Positions 53,143 to 64,000 of a DNA stretch of 64,000 nt are shown piece by piece. A program made the translations under genes and the position numbers. The stretch is from Trichoplax adhaerens (Eukaryota; Animalia; Placozoa). Location of the stretch: the NCBI RefSeq assembly GCF_000150275.1, contig NW_002060965.1, positions 1 through 64,000 of the forward strand, read 5' to 3'. The notes under the pieces are model-generated. The model was given only the letters and a program-made list of their open reading frames with translations, did no database searches and had not been told where the DNA came from. Positions within the stretch are counted from its first letter, which is position 1. Every line of letters starts with the position of its first letter.

Positions 53143-55486
53143 TTAACTACTCATATTAATCTGCGAGACAAGTCTTGCATTGCTTAATTGATCTAATCTC
53201 TCAGCAATGGCTCCCAAACCTGCTGATATCAAAGCATTCATGAGGAAGCCAACATAAGCATTTTGTGGTTGAGTTTCTTTCCAATAATGAAGCATTGCAA
53301 AGCAACGTTGATCTGTAGTAGTTTGATCCACTTCTATTTTTTTCAAATCCTCAAACTCTAGATTTAATTGAATTCCAACATCCTTCCAATCAGTTCCAAT
53401 GCTTCCGTAAATATCTCTAAAAAAGCATTTCACTGAAGTACAATTAATTTGCAGTTAAAATAATGCCCTTAATAACGTTATAATCCATGTAATATGAGAA
53501 TGTTTGATTAAGATAAAAGGTAATGGAAGAGATGTTTATCTCATTGGATACAGACAAGATTAGTAAATAGTGAGGTAGATACACTTAAGTGTAGTCTTTC
53601 ATCATGGTAAGCCTCTTAACAACGACTAACAGCACGTTCTACTTTTAAAATAGAGTATAGCAAGAATTGTCTTTTATCGCATACAGACGAGACTAGTTAA
53701 GAGTTATGTGTAGTCCTTAATTGTGGTAAGCCTGCAAACACCAAGTCACTATTCAAAAATAGAGTACTCGTATAACAAGAATTGTCTTGTATAGCATACA
53801 GACAAGACTAGCCCAGAGTTATATGTAGTCCTTGATTATGGTAAGCCTACAAACACCAAGTTACTACTCAAAAATAGAGAACTCGTATAACAAAAATTGT
53901 CTTTTATCGCATGCAGACAAGACTAGCCAAGAGTTATGTGTAGTCCTTGATTGTGGTAAGCCTACAAACACCAAGTAACTACTCAAAAATAGAGTATAAC
54001 AAGAATTGTCTTCTATCGCATATAGACTTATGTGTAGTCCTTGATTGTGGTAAGCCTACTAACGCCAAGTAACTACTTAAAAGTAGAGCACAGAAAGATT
54101 TACTGGATTGCCATCTGTAGCCTGCAGACAAAACTCGTCAAGGGTGGTAGATAGTTATGTGCAATCCTTCATTCTTGAAGCCTATGAACGACTACTTATA
54201 GCATGGAACTACTTTTAAAAACAGAGTAGAACAAGATTTACCGGGTTGTCTGCTATCGTATACAGACAAGACTAGTTTAGAGTGAGGTAGACAGAGTTGT
54301 AGGTAGAGATTTATTGTGGTAAGTCTATCAACACCAAGTAATTACTTAAAAAATAGACTACAGAAGCATTTACCGGATTGTTATCTGTAGCGTAAAGACA
54401 AGAGTCACAAGACTCATTAGAGAGGTAGTTAGAGTTATGTTTAGTCCTCGATGATTGTAAGCCTATTAGCGACTACGATCAGCATGGAACTACTTCAAAA
54501 ATAGAGTACAGTAAACTTTACCGGATTGTCGAAGATGCGAAGCCGTATTCTCTTGATAGTCGAAATCTTCATCACCACTTTCTTCAGACTCTTCTATAAC
54601 AGCCATATAGAAGACAGGAGTAAGTTAGAAATAGAGCAAAGACATCGTATTACAACTATTATGGTGTGAATAATAAATGCTTTGGTTCAAAGTTTGAAGG
54701 AGACAACAAAGTGATTCCATTATTCACTGCAGTCATCTTCTTTTCAACTGTTGGGGTAAACTATACCATTTTGAATTTGAATTTTTTTACGTATTATTCT
54801 GCCACCACAACTTTACTAATAAAAATGATAAATTGCTATCAAAGACGTACAACGCTTCTATATTATTATGGCTGATTATGCCTCCTACTTTACACAAGCA
54901 TTGAATGTAGGTGAAAGACAGTCATAGCCTGTGCTTTTACCATTTTTATATACTGTCTATCAACGGACTGCTGATTCCATCAAATGCATTTCATGTACTG
55001 AATTAACACTACTGTATTTATCTCTGGATGCTAAGATCTACTGTAGTCTACTAGGAAAGTCGTTTTATGCTATTCTAGTACTTGATCCATCTCGAGTGTC
55101 CTGTCTGACGGTGCTCATTTACCTGATGGCATCCTGGCGTCCACTTCCAACTGAGTTGCTAAATCTCTTAGTCCTGCTCGCCTAATTGCGTTGACAATCT
55201 TGTGAAAATCCGATTCAAATTTTCTCAATAAAAACAAGGTGACAAATTTGGTGACCACTTCTGGCATAGGCTGTTGTTGACTACAACGCAAGAGGCCTTC
55301 CTTTTCTAAACTAGTGACCACTTTATCAGCTAAAAGGTGAGTTAGCATAACAGAAAGGCGTTCTTGAGTTAAACTACTCCTTAAACTGGCTAAATTTTGA
55401 CGTAAAGCAAGGCCTTTATAGCTCGATTGGTCCATCAGATAGGTAAAATTGCGATGATTGTGTGCTTTGGAAGCAATCTCGGCCAT
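53143..55486 (-). CDS. Death-fold adaptor B: CARD-like - acidic linker - DD (RAIDD/CRADD-type architecture, ~241 aa)
   Basis: Exons 55486-55123 (LRQNLASL..MLTHLLADKVVTSLEKE..FHKIVNAIRRAGLRDLATQL), 54593-54522 (EESEESGDEDFDYQE..), 53432-53143 (DD: IYGSIGTDWKDVGIQLNL..CFAMLHYW..LMNALISAGLGAIAERL). Phase-1 junctions. Orthology to CRADD is not established. Confidence 0.8.
53545..54520 (-). repeat. Intronic tandem array (~8 units, ~100-150 bp) derived from an exon+intron unit
   Basis: Recurring catacagacaagactag..gagttatgtgtagtccttgattgtggtaagcctacaaacaccaagt..actcaaaaatagag. The three units nearest exon 54522 keep the same caatcc(g/a)|gtaaa donor as that exon. Confidence 0.85.
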
Positions 55487-55911
55487 GTTGCTTTTCAGTA
55501 AGCCGATCCAAGGCGATCAAGATTTAAAAGTGAGATTTTGCAATCCACAACTAGTGGCACAAACAGTCTTTTGAAATATTCAATGGGTAAGGAGGAAAAC
55601 AACTGGCTAGCAAAGGTTTATGAGCACTTGGAATGGAAGACTTTAATTAATGATGGCCAATTCGACGAAGGCTTCCAACTCTCTCGTATGGGCTGTATGT
55701 AGTCTAGAACGGCAGCGCTAAGGCTGTTATTAATGACTGCTCACGAGTGATTGTTAGTAGAAACAGTATGCCGCTAAGTACTATATTGAGCACAATATAG
55801 CGGTTGAATACGGCAAGAGCACTTTATTGAAGGCGTTCTCTTACTTTCCGTATACTGTCATGGCTGTCTCGACTTCTTCATCATCAGTTTTAATCGACTA
55901 TTTTAAATTAA

Positions 55912-57158
55912 CGAGCTTGTCTATGAAGGCATTTTATTCATCTGATTAGCTTGATTCTATAGCATTCTTCCTCATAAAATCCATTACAATTTCAAACCTG
56001 TCAGTGCAGTACTAAGCTGATTTCATTAACCCTACAGCATAGCAATGCATTTTATCCATGACGGAATCAGTGCTTGGCTTTGCAACTTCTTCCAGAATCA
56101 ATACTTTTCCATTTACAGACTTTGACTTTCGTTTTCATCCATCTGTTGGGTGATAATCGTAAAGTCAAAGTCTGCAACTCCAACTCGAATCATTTTGACC
56201 GTAAAACGTTCCAATAGCGCTCATTTTGGACCATTATAGCCATACAAAATCCGATATTTCAGGCAGAGCTGAAACTACTGATGTATCAAAATGGCTGAGC
56301 AAAGGGATAGAACAACTGCGACCTAGCTGTTTGGATTAATTATTAAAGAACTTGTCAATGGAGGCATTTTATTCATCTGATCAGCTTGATTCATTGCAAT
56401 TCAAACCAGTCAGTGCAGTACTAAGCTGATTTCATTAGCCCAACAGCATAGCAATGCATTTTTTCCATGACGGAATCAGTGCTTGATTTGCAACTTCTTC
56501 CAGAATCAAAACTCTTCCCTTTGCAGACTTTGACTTTCGGTTTCATCCATCTGTTGGGTGATATTCGTCAAGTCAAAGTCTGCAACTCCAACTGGAATCG
56601 TTTTGACCGTAAAACGTTCCAATAGCGCTCATTTTGGACCATTATAGCCATACAAAATCCGATATTTCAGGCAGAGCTGAAACTACTGATGTATCAAAAT
56701 GGCTGAGCAAAGGGATAGAACAACTGTGACCTAGCTGTTTGGATTAATTATTAAAGAACTTGTCAATGGAGGCATTTTATTCATCTGATCAGCTTGATTC
56801 ATTGCAATTCAAACCAGTCAGTGCAGTACTAAGCTGATTTCATTAACCCAACGGCATAGCAATGCATTTTTTCCATGACGGAATCAGTGCTCTGATTTGC
56901 AACTTCTTCCAGAATCAAAACGCTTCCATTTGCAGACTTTGACTTTCGGTTTCATCCATCTGTTGGGTGATAATCGTCAAGTCAAAGTCTGCAACTCCAA
57001 ATTGAATCGTTTTGACCATAAAACCTTCTAATACTGCTCATTTGGGGCCATTATAACCATACAAAATCCGATATTTCAGGTAGAGCGGATACTGCTGATG
57101 TATCAAAATGGCTGAGCAAGGGGATAGAACAACTGTGACCTAGCTGTTTGAATTATTA
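55912..57158. repeat. Three-copy tandem repeat (periods 435 and 408 bp), each copy with a 65-nt hairpin
   Basis: ggcattttattcatctga at 55928, 56363 and 56771. Hairpins TTGCAGACTTTGACTT..AAGTCAAAGTCTGCAA at 56113-56177 (one mismatch), 56521-56585 and 56930-56994. Confidence 0.92.
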
Positions 57159-58481
57159 ATAGCATGATCTGAAGAATTGCAACCGATATGAATAGCTTTG
57201 CTCTTAGTGGTTTTTAAACTGGAGAAATTGGCATCGTTGCAGTTTGGCACTGACGATGCAGGTCGATATTCTACGTATCATGGCCAGTCAATGGCTGGCG
57301 GCTTCCTTTCTTCATCCATTATGACTGTCTACGTCGTACAGTATACGAGTAGCATCGATGAATAAATTCACAACAGAGCAAAGAATAATATCCCAAGCGT
57401 TGATCCATTAACAAATTAGTTCAGCAGGTAGAATAGAGAGAATATCGAGCGACAGTAGCATTATTGATAAAGAAAGCAAAGTCGCCAGCCAATGTGCTAG
57501 TCCTTGTACGTAGAAATGGCTGACATTGGAGGAGAAATCATCATCGGCTTGGATATCCAGTTGGCGATTGATTGACGACGAAATCAGTTCCCTTCTTGGG
57601 GAAGTTCATGAGCATCTCTTGGTAAATTATTCTCATGAATTCTAGTGGAAGAGATGGTAGTCGATTTCCATGAATGAGCGTCAACAAGAAAAGGGCATAG
57701 GCCAGTTTCGACTGGATGGAGAGGTAAACTGTCCACTCAAGTCTACAGCATTGACCCTGGAAGCATTCCATATTTTGCCAGTTTGCTCATGCCACCTTAA
57801 CACTATACTATAAAGTTGTGGCAAGCAATGGCCAGTGTCGGAAAATTACAGTCCAGAACAAACTCTGACAACAGCCAGTACTGAAAGATTCTAAAATAAG
57901 GGATTAAACGATTCTATGCTACTTTAAGAACCTTGAGCAATAGAAGGATCCATGACCAAGTACTATATATGGAGAGCGTAGTAGCGCAATTAGATATCAT
58001 ACAGCGTACAATCTAGCGAAGCAAAACCATTGGCGCTTATAGAACAATTTGACGACGCTGGTTGATTTTGGAAATGAGCAGCTTGTAAATTCTTGCAGAT
58101 GGGGTTTGACTTCTGCTGGACCATAAGCTAATCATTTGCACCGTACTGTGGCCAAAGTGGTCACAATAATATCATAAGCAAGATAGCTTAATGATAAATA
58201 GTGGTCCTCATTAGATAAGGTTAAGGCCATCGTATAAAAAGGCTGGAGTTATTAGCGAAGTTGTCGTTGGACTCATTTTCGATCTGAGGACAAGGGCGAC
58301 CATATCCAAACTGCTACATCCATTTCATCTTTTGGTGGCGTTTTGAATGATTCATCTACTTGACTACAGCCTCGATAGGAATTAGAAAGCTTGACTGTCG
58401 TAGTCGATAATTAAAAGGAAAGTTTAACTCCATTCTTACCCTATCCATCCCTACACGCTATTGCTGTGCTGGATGATCGAA

Positions 58482-59174
58482 ATGAGCTACGATGACGGAG
58501 TCAGTCAAGCCGAGTATTGCCAACTCATTCAAAAACTAAAAGAAATTCAAGCCAATAAAGAAGAACTTACACGCAATCTACAGGATATAGAATATCAAAT
58601 TTATTGTCGGGAACGAAAATTATTCCAAACCAGTCGAAAATTTGGCAATGTAGCCACCGGATTGAAAGTCCAAGCCATTTTCAACGACAGCAGTCAACAT
58701 GAAAGCGACAAGAGTTCAATGTGTAGTACAGATTGCTGCAAATATGGTCGTCAACGCGCTGAACGCAGTCACAGTAGCCTTGATGCTGGCGACGATTGCA
58801 TGAACTTGAGTCGTAATAGTCCTGGACAAGAAGGAGCGATGAAAGACGAATTTATTTTCTCCTTGTCGTCCATGACCTCGCCAATCTATCAAGATTACTA
58901 TGCCCATCAAGATGATGACTCTCACGACATGGACAATTCATCGTGTTCAGACCAGCACCATAGGACGAATAGCGGTTCGCAGTTATCTCCTCCATTCCAT
59001 GCTCAAAAGAAAAGATGGCAAGGTCGTACGAGTTATGATCAAGTACAGGACTTGAGCGAGACGATGAGTAGCCATTCTTCGTCAGTACCATTCAATGATG
59101 GCCCCGACACGCTGCAAAGGAATAATCGACATGGCAATGACCATCGAACGTCGCAGGAAAGCCCACAAGCTTAG
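58482..59174 (+). CDS. Divergent intronless MEAF6/Eaf6-like protein (NuA4/MYST acetyltransferase complex subunit family)
   Basis: LKEIQANKEELTRNLQDIEYQIYCRERKLFQTSRKFGNVATG matches the Eaf6 pattern LxELxxxKxELxxxLxxLExQIYxxExxYLxxTxxxGNIIxG, and EFIFSLSSMTS matches the RxFSxSSVTS motif. TATAAAA at ~58234, AATAAA at ~59585. The start may be 58473. Confidence 0.7.
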   Translation: MSYDDGVSQAEYCQLIQKLKEIQANKEELTRNLQDIEYQIYCRERKLFQTSRKFGNVATGLKVQAIFNDSSQHESDKSSMCSTDCCKYGRQRAERSHSSLDAGDDCMNLSRNSPGQEGAMKDEFIFSLSSMTSPIYQDYYAHQDDDSHDMDNSSCSDQHHRTNSGSQLSPPFHAQKKRWQGRTSYDQVQDLSETMSSHSSSVPFNDGPDTLQRNNRHGNDHRTSQESPQA

Positions 59175-62100
59175 TCCATAAATGGTAGCGAATTTGATCA
59201 AGCAAGCTTATCGCTCGCAGAATCATGATGGTCATTTTCTACCTTTGGAATGGATCACGTCGATCAAAGCAAAGGTCATAAATTCTAATAATAAGAACGA
59301 GTGCAACACTAATCCAAGCTGTTAATTCAATTTTGTTCTGTTGTATGTCTAAATTAGAAAATGTGATTTACTGGAAGCAATACTCTTACCAATGCAATGA
59401 TGCAATTGCTTATCGTTTCGATTCGTGAACGTAACTCTTTGAACAGGTGGACTCCATTTTTAGGGTATCAGTCTCCACCTTGATTGACTTCACTGCTAGA
59501 ATGATAGAAATGGGATCGGAATTGCAATTTGTTCGGCACATTAGTATGAATAAGTTGTAGGGAAGTATTGAATTCTAGAGAATCAATAAAACTTTGATGT
59601 AAAAATAGAGTAACCGATTGTGCTCCACCTTACTCGAGTTTACGTTCAAAGGGATCATTTGTATATTTCTGCAGTATTCATTTCAGCCCAAAGGCTGTCA
59701 TAATCGCTAAGTGTTTTCTTGCTACTTTATAGATAATTGAAAACTATTCTTGTTATTTTGTAAACTCTAAGTATGATGAATTATTAAAGATCAAGGATGA
59801 TTGATTGCACATTACTGCAATATTGATCCACTGCACTGCATCAGCCTACAGTACAGTGTATGTGTTGCTTGCATTCCTTTAAGTTAATATGAGATGGCTA
59901 ATTGGAATCATTGACAAATAAATATTTTTTGTGCTTTACAGTACGTTCTATTTCAATGATTAGCATGTTCTCTAATGGTCATGCACTACAGGTAGAATGG
60001 CTAATTCAATTTTGCATGCGGATTATCGACAGTAGCAAGCCGTCTATTTTTGATGACCGAACTTGGACAGTGGTGCAATGACTATCACTCTTTTACAGCT
60101 TCCTTCTTATTCACTCCGAATCCGACAACAGTTCGTCTTGCCCAATCCGAATTCCAAAACACCAGTTTTTAACATCCAATCCATTCCGAATCCACAAAAT
60201 ACAATTTTCTAAAATCCGACGAGCTATCATCTTGTACTGTATTGGGAAATGGATCCACTGCTGGTATGGTGCATCTTGAGGTTGGCCCGTGATACTTTGC
60301 ATAAAATGCAGCTCGCACGTTGCTCAACATGGATTGAAAATTTTACTGTACATACTTCAGCAGAGATCAGGAGAACAGGCAAAGCAATAGAAACATAGTA
60401 GAGCAACGCAGTGATGCAGCAGAGTAATTAAATGATTCTTTTATATCATAGCAGCTTCATACTATACAGACATTTCAATTTTCTCAATTGCTTAGTAAGG
60501 AATGATGAGGTGAAAATGTTATAGCTCAATATAACCGTATATTGACAGAATAGGTAAAGTAATACTACTACCAAATAAGCTCACAAGGTATAAAATCTTA
60601 TAAATTGCTTGGATAAAAGTCAGGCAGATATGCATATTACACATGGACAGTTTAAATCTACCGTTAATAACTCCTTTTTTTCCCCTACACAATTGGTTAT
60701 ATCCTCAGCAATTTGTTGAGAATGACTAGGAATTAATACGGTCATTTCATTTGCATCCATAATACATGGTAATTGAACACTTGCACTGATAATTATTATT
60801 AATACTATAATTGAAGATCTTTTCACGTAACAAAATGATACTTTTCTCAAGAAAAAAAAGTGACAATAAGTAACATCAAGCTAAATGCCTGATCTATACA
60901 TGAATATGCGTATTAAGATAGAATTCCAAAGTCATCTGCAAGAAGCTGTTGATTTACAGCAAGATAGCGATGACGATAGCCTATATCGCATCCGAAAATT
61001 GAGTATACAAACCTACTTTAGAGGTCAGTTGAAACTTTTTACTAATATGGCTAATTGCAAGCTTAGTGAAATAAATAAATTAAAATATATTTGATAAACT
61101 ACCTCTTTTCCTGGTATTATTGCTTAAGCAGTTATGACAGAACTATAGTACATATTTTAATGCGATTTTTAATCAATCATAGATCACCACATCATTGTAT
61201 GACTCAGTCTATAGGTAATAATATTAAGCGATAGGAGATATTAAAGTGGTTCTATTAAAAAATAGGATGCTGTGATTGAATGACTTAAAATATCAAAATC
61301 GAACAAAATTAGCAATACCGAAGCTACATAAATAAACATTAACAACAACCAGTACATGATGGGAGTAAATGCTTTTAAATGCATTTTAATATCGTATCTC
61401 TATTTGCAATGATTGCGAGTTCTTGGAAATTTTATTTGTATGCCTTTTTATGATTGGACTGGCTACAGTTGTTTACTATTTACTATTGCGACCTGTTACT
61501 GTTGATATTGAAAGACTGTGATATAAGTAAACTTGATCAAGTTTTTTACTTTAAAATTTTTGGTTTATTTAAACTGAGCTTACATCGATCTTGAGCAGTT
61601 TAAAAGAACTCATTTTGCTTTAGCATTTCCCAACAAAACCGAATTTAGATTCATTTTTTTCCATTAGGATACTTATAAACCTTTTGGGGATCATCAAAAT
61701 CTAAATCTAGCATATCTGTAATAGGCGGTTACTGACATATATATGATCATGCAGAAATTCACTACGAACTATAAAATTTCTTATTTCTGATTTTTATGTG
61801 TACATGCTGGGCTAAAGGTACATAGATTCCCAGAAATTCTACTAGAATATTGTTTATCATACATATTACGTAATGTCTTGTCATACATAATTTATAGATT
61901 CTACTGCCCTTCGCACTTATAAACACTCTTCTCTTATTTACGTACATAAACGTGTCCGAGTAAGTCATAACATTATCATATGACTACCATGAGATGTTAA
62001 TATCCTTTACAAGTAGCTTATAATTATACTTTTAATATAGTATACTGTAATAAACAGCATGACACTAGATAACTTTTATTTTTACACTTATAACTGAAAC

Positions 62101-63049
62101 TTAAACAATGATTCAATTGAACGAAACAGCATGCACAAAGAGGAAAATTTTGATCAATTTTCTTGTTTAACTTAGACTTAGTATTGATATACAGAGTTAT
62201 CTCATTATCTATCTGCATAGAATCCACGTACGGTAAAATTGATGATAATTAGCTTACCTCCGCTTTATTTACTTATTTCATCTTTTTTGATGAAACCTTA
62301 CATTTTTACTTTCTCTTAATTTCGACAAATTCTTAGTAAATAATAATGATATCGATTCCATGCTGTAACTAAGCCAGAATTTTCTGTTTGGTATCGTAAG
62401 ACTTTGAACTTGGTTACAACATTCAATAGAAGCAGAATCTTTTATTTCAAATCTCGGCTATATACTAAAATATTAGAAATAAGAAATACTACAATTGCAG
62501 CATTTCCTTTTTTATTGCGTGAATGTGGACATATAATTTTCTATTTACATAAATATTGAATGAATGCAAATGTAGTATTCAATATTTATTGAGACAATGA
62601 AGCTCATAGTATTGTAGAAGCTGTAAATATTTATAGAAATTTATCATAACTTCACAAAAAGTAAAATATTAAAATTGTTACTTATTGAAGATGACTAATG
62701 GCATGTATATACTTGCTATGCTAATATATCTCTTAAGATTAGCAACATCAGCGATTAGCCAATATCTAATATTTCGCTTCTATTTTCCAGTAAGAATTTC
62801 TTTAGGTTGCCGGTTGCGAACCTGGATCTAATGCTCAGTGAATAAGGTACTATTTCGAATTGAATAGAATTTGACTTAGGAGCCACTAATAATAACCAGG
62901 AAAGAGGCTAGATATGCTATTTACATAGGATGGTATGGCTAGTTTGACGTAAATTAGAGTTAATGCATATTTCCTGAAGTGTTTAACATTTTTATTTATT
63001 TTAGTTAGAAATGCAGGTATACCAGTAGTTCCCATCAACACGTATAATA

Positions 63050-63493
63050 TTAAGATGATGCACTTGGATCAGTCAAAGCACACATATCATCATTATACTC
63101 CTTTAACGCTGCCTTTCTTGCAGCTCGCTTTTTGTCATCTAAAATACTGAAGTAATTATAAAGTAATACGCATGGAACGATAACCAAAACGCTAGCAATA
63201 ATAAATCCCGTAGATAACGTGAAATGAGGATACCAATGAATACCATTCTTAGAAGAAAATAAAGTCCAAAAGAAGGCAACCAAAGGAGTTACTAGTGCCT
63301 GAATGATTACTAAGTAATTAGCTCCATCTGTGTAACGAATCAGTAGTAACGAAAAAAGCTGAGCTCCAGTAAAAAGTAATATAAATGCAGACGATGCGCC
63401 AGCAGCCCAAGGATAATGAATGTTAGAATTACCCGTATATTGAGCCATGAATCCGCAGTACATGCCGTCTTGAAATTGTTTGAAAGATTTAGC
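63050..63493 (-). CDS. Terminal exon of a CRT-like (chloroquine-resistance-transporter-like) membrane protein; 5' exons unresolved or outside the window
   Basis: tttctag acceptor, then AKSFKQFQDGMYCGF... Three hydrophobic helices with LLIRYTDGANYLVIIQALVTPLVAFFWTLF..HWYPHF..LYN, recalled as the C-terminal region of CRT-like proteins. Confidence 0.6.
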   Translation of the reverse strand, partial: AKSFKQFQDGMYCGFMAQYTGNSNIHYPWAAGASSAFILLFTGAQLFSLLLIRYTDGANYLVIIQALVTPLVAFFWTLFSSKNGIHWYPHFTLSTGFIIASVLVIVPCVLLYNYFSILDDKKRAARKAALKEYNDDMCALTDPSASS

Positions 63494-63528
63494 CTAGAAA
63501 AAATATAGATATATATAGCAATTACATT

Positions 63529-63776
63529 CTTAAGTCAAATTCAAAATCAGTAGTGATCGAAACAGACAATTTATAATGATTCGGGCTGAAATTTTCTAGT
63601 AAAAGATAATCCTTAAGTCAAATTCAAAATCTATAATGATCATAATAGACAATTTATAATGATTCGGGCCGAAATTTTTTAGTAAAAGATAACTCTTACG
63701 TCAAATTCAAAATCAATAGCGATCAGAATAGACAATTTATAATGATTTGGAGTGAAATTTTCTATTAAAAGATAAT
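63529..63776. repeat. Intronic minisatellite, 3 x 83 bp
   Basis: ctta(a/c)gtcaaattcaaaatc..agacaatttataatgatt..gaaatttt..taaaagataa at 63529, 63612 and 63695. Confidence 0.92.
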
Positions 63777-64000
63777 GTAAACTTCAAAATGTCTGAAAAT
63801 TTCCACTTGTAATTATGTCATTAGCTAACCTCTGCTGATGGTTGCTATAAAATTGCAGAATCATGCTGAATACAATAGCATCTGTACATTACAGGTACTA
63901 CTACTTACTATTACTTGCTACATGATGCTATGATGTTGTTTTTACTGGTAATGTCTCGATACCTTTGGTAACTAATACTATATAGAAGCTAATCAGTTAA

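Noticed and set aside
53545-54520. CRISPR-like array (also 63529-63776)
   Set aside because: Whole units repeat without unique spacers, in eukaryotic introns, with no cas genes.
57541-57771. Short ORFs at 57541-57771, 60111-60302, 60620-60850 and 60885-61094
   Set aside because: No recognisable domain or consistent splice structure.
1-64000. Caspase gene, autonomous transposon, tRNA or rRNA
   Set aside because: No QACRG-type motif, transposase/RT ORF or structural RNA recognised by eye; any effector caspase would be encoded elsewhere.

Overview
AT-rich, intron-containing eukaryotic DNA with short GT-AG introns. The gene content suggests an early-branching animal; a placozoan such as Trichoplax is my inference, not something shown. 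The ORF track fragments most genes, so I rebuilt exon chains by hand from splice sites and phases. Layout: (1) 1-11 kb: tandem duplicated pairs of secreted intelectin/fibrinogen-N-like proteins (two intact, one cut by a 902-N gap, one pseudogene). (2) 12.6-55.5 kb: a dense death-fold signalling cluster. It has three kinase-less, LRR-less Roco (Roc-COR) GTPase genes, each ending in a death domain (DD) but with different N-termini: CARD-linker-CARD; DD-DD; and an amphipathic 11-mer helix. Next to them are a CARD-CARD-DD adaptor, a RAIDD-like CARD-DD adaptor, an adaptor pseudogene and several dead DD/CARD exons. Almost every module is a symmetric phase 1-1 exon and the whole Roc-COR sits in one ~2.1 kb exon, so the locus looks like an exon-shuffling toolkit for a Roco-nucleated PIDDosome/inflammasome-like system. 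(3) 55.9-64 kb: a 3x ~410-435 bp tandem repeat carrying a 65-nt hairpin, an intronless divergent MEAF6/Eaf6-like gene, and the last exon of a CRT-like transporter.
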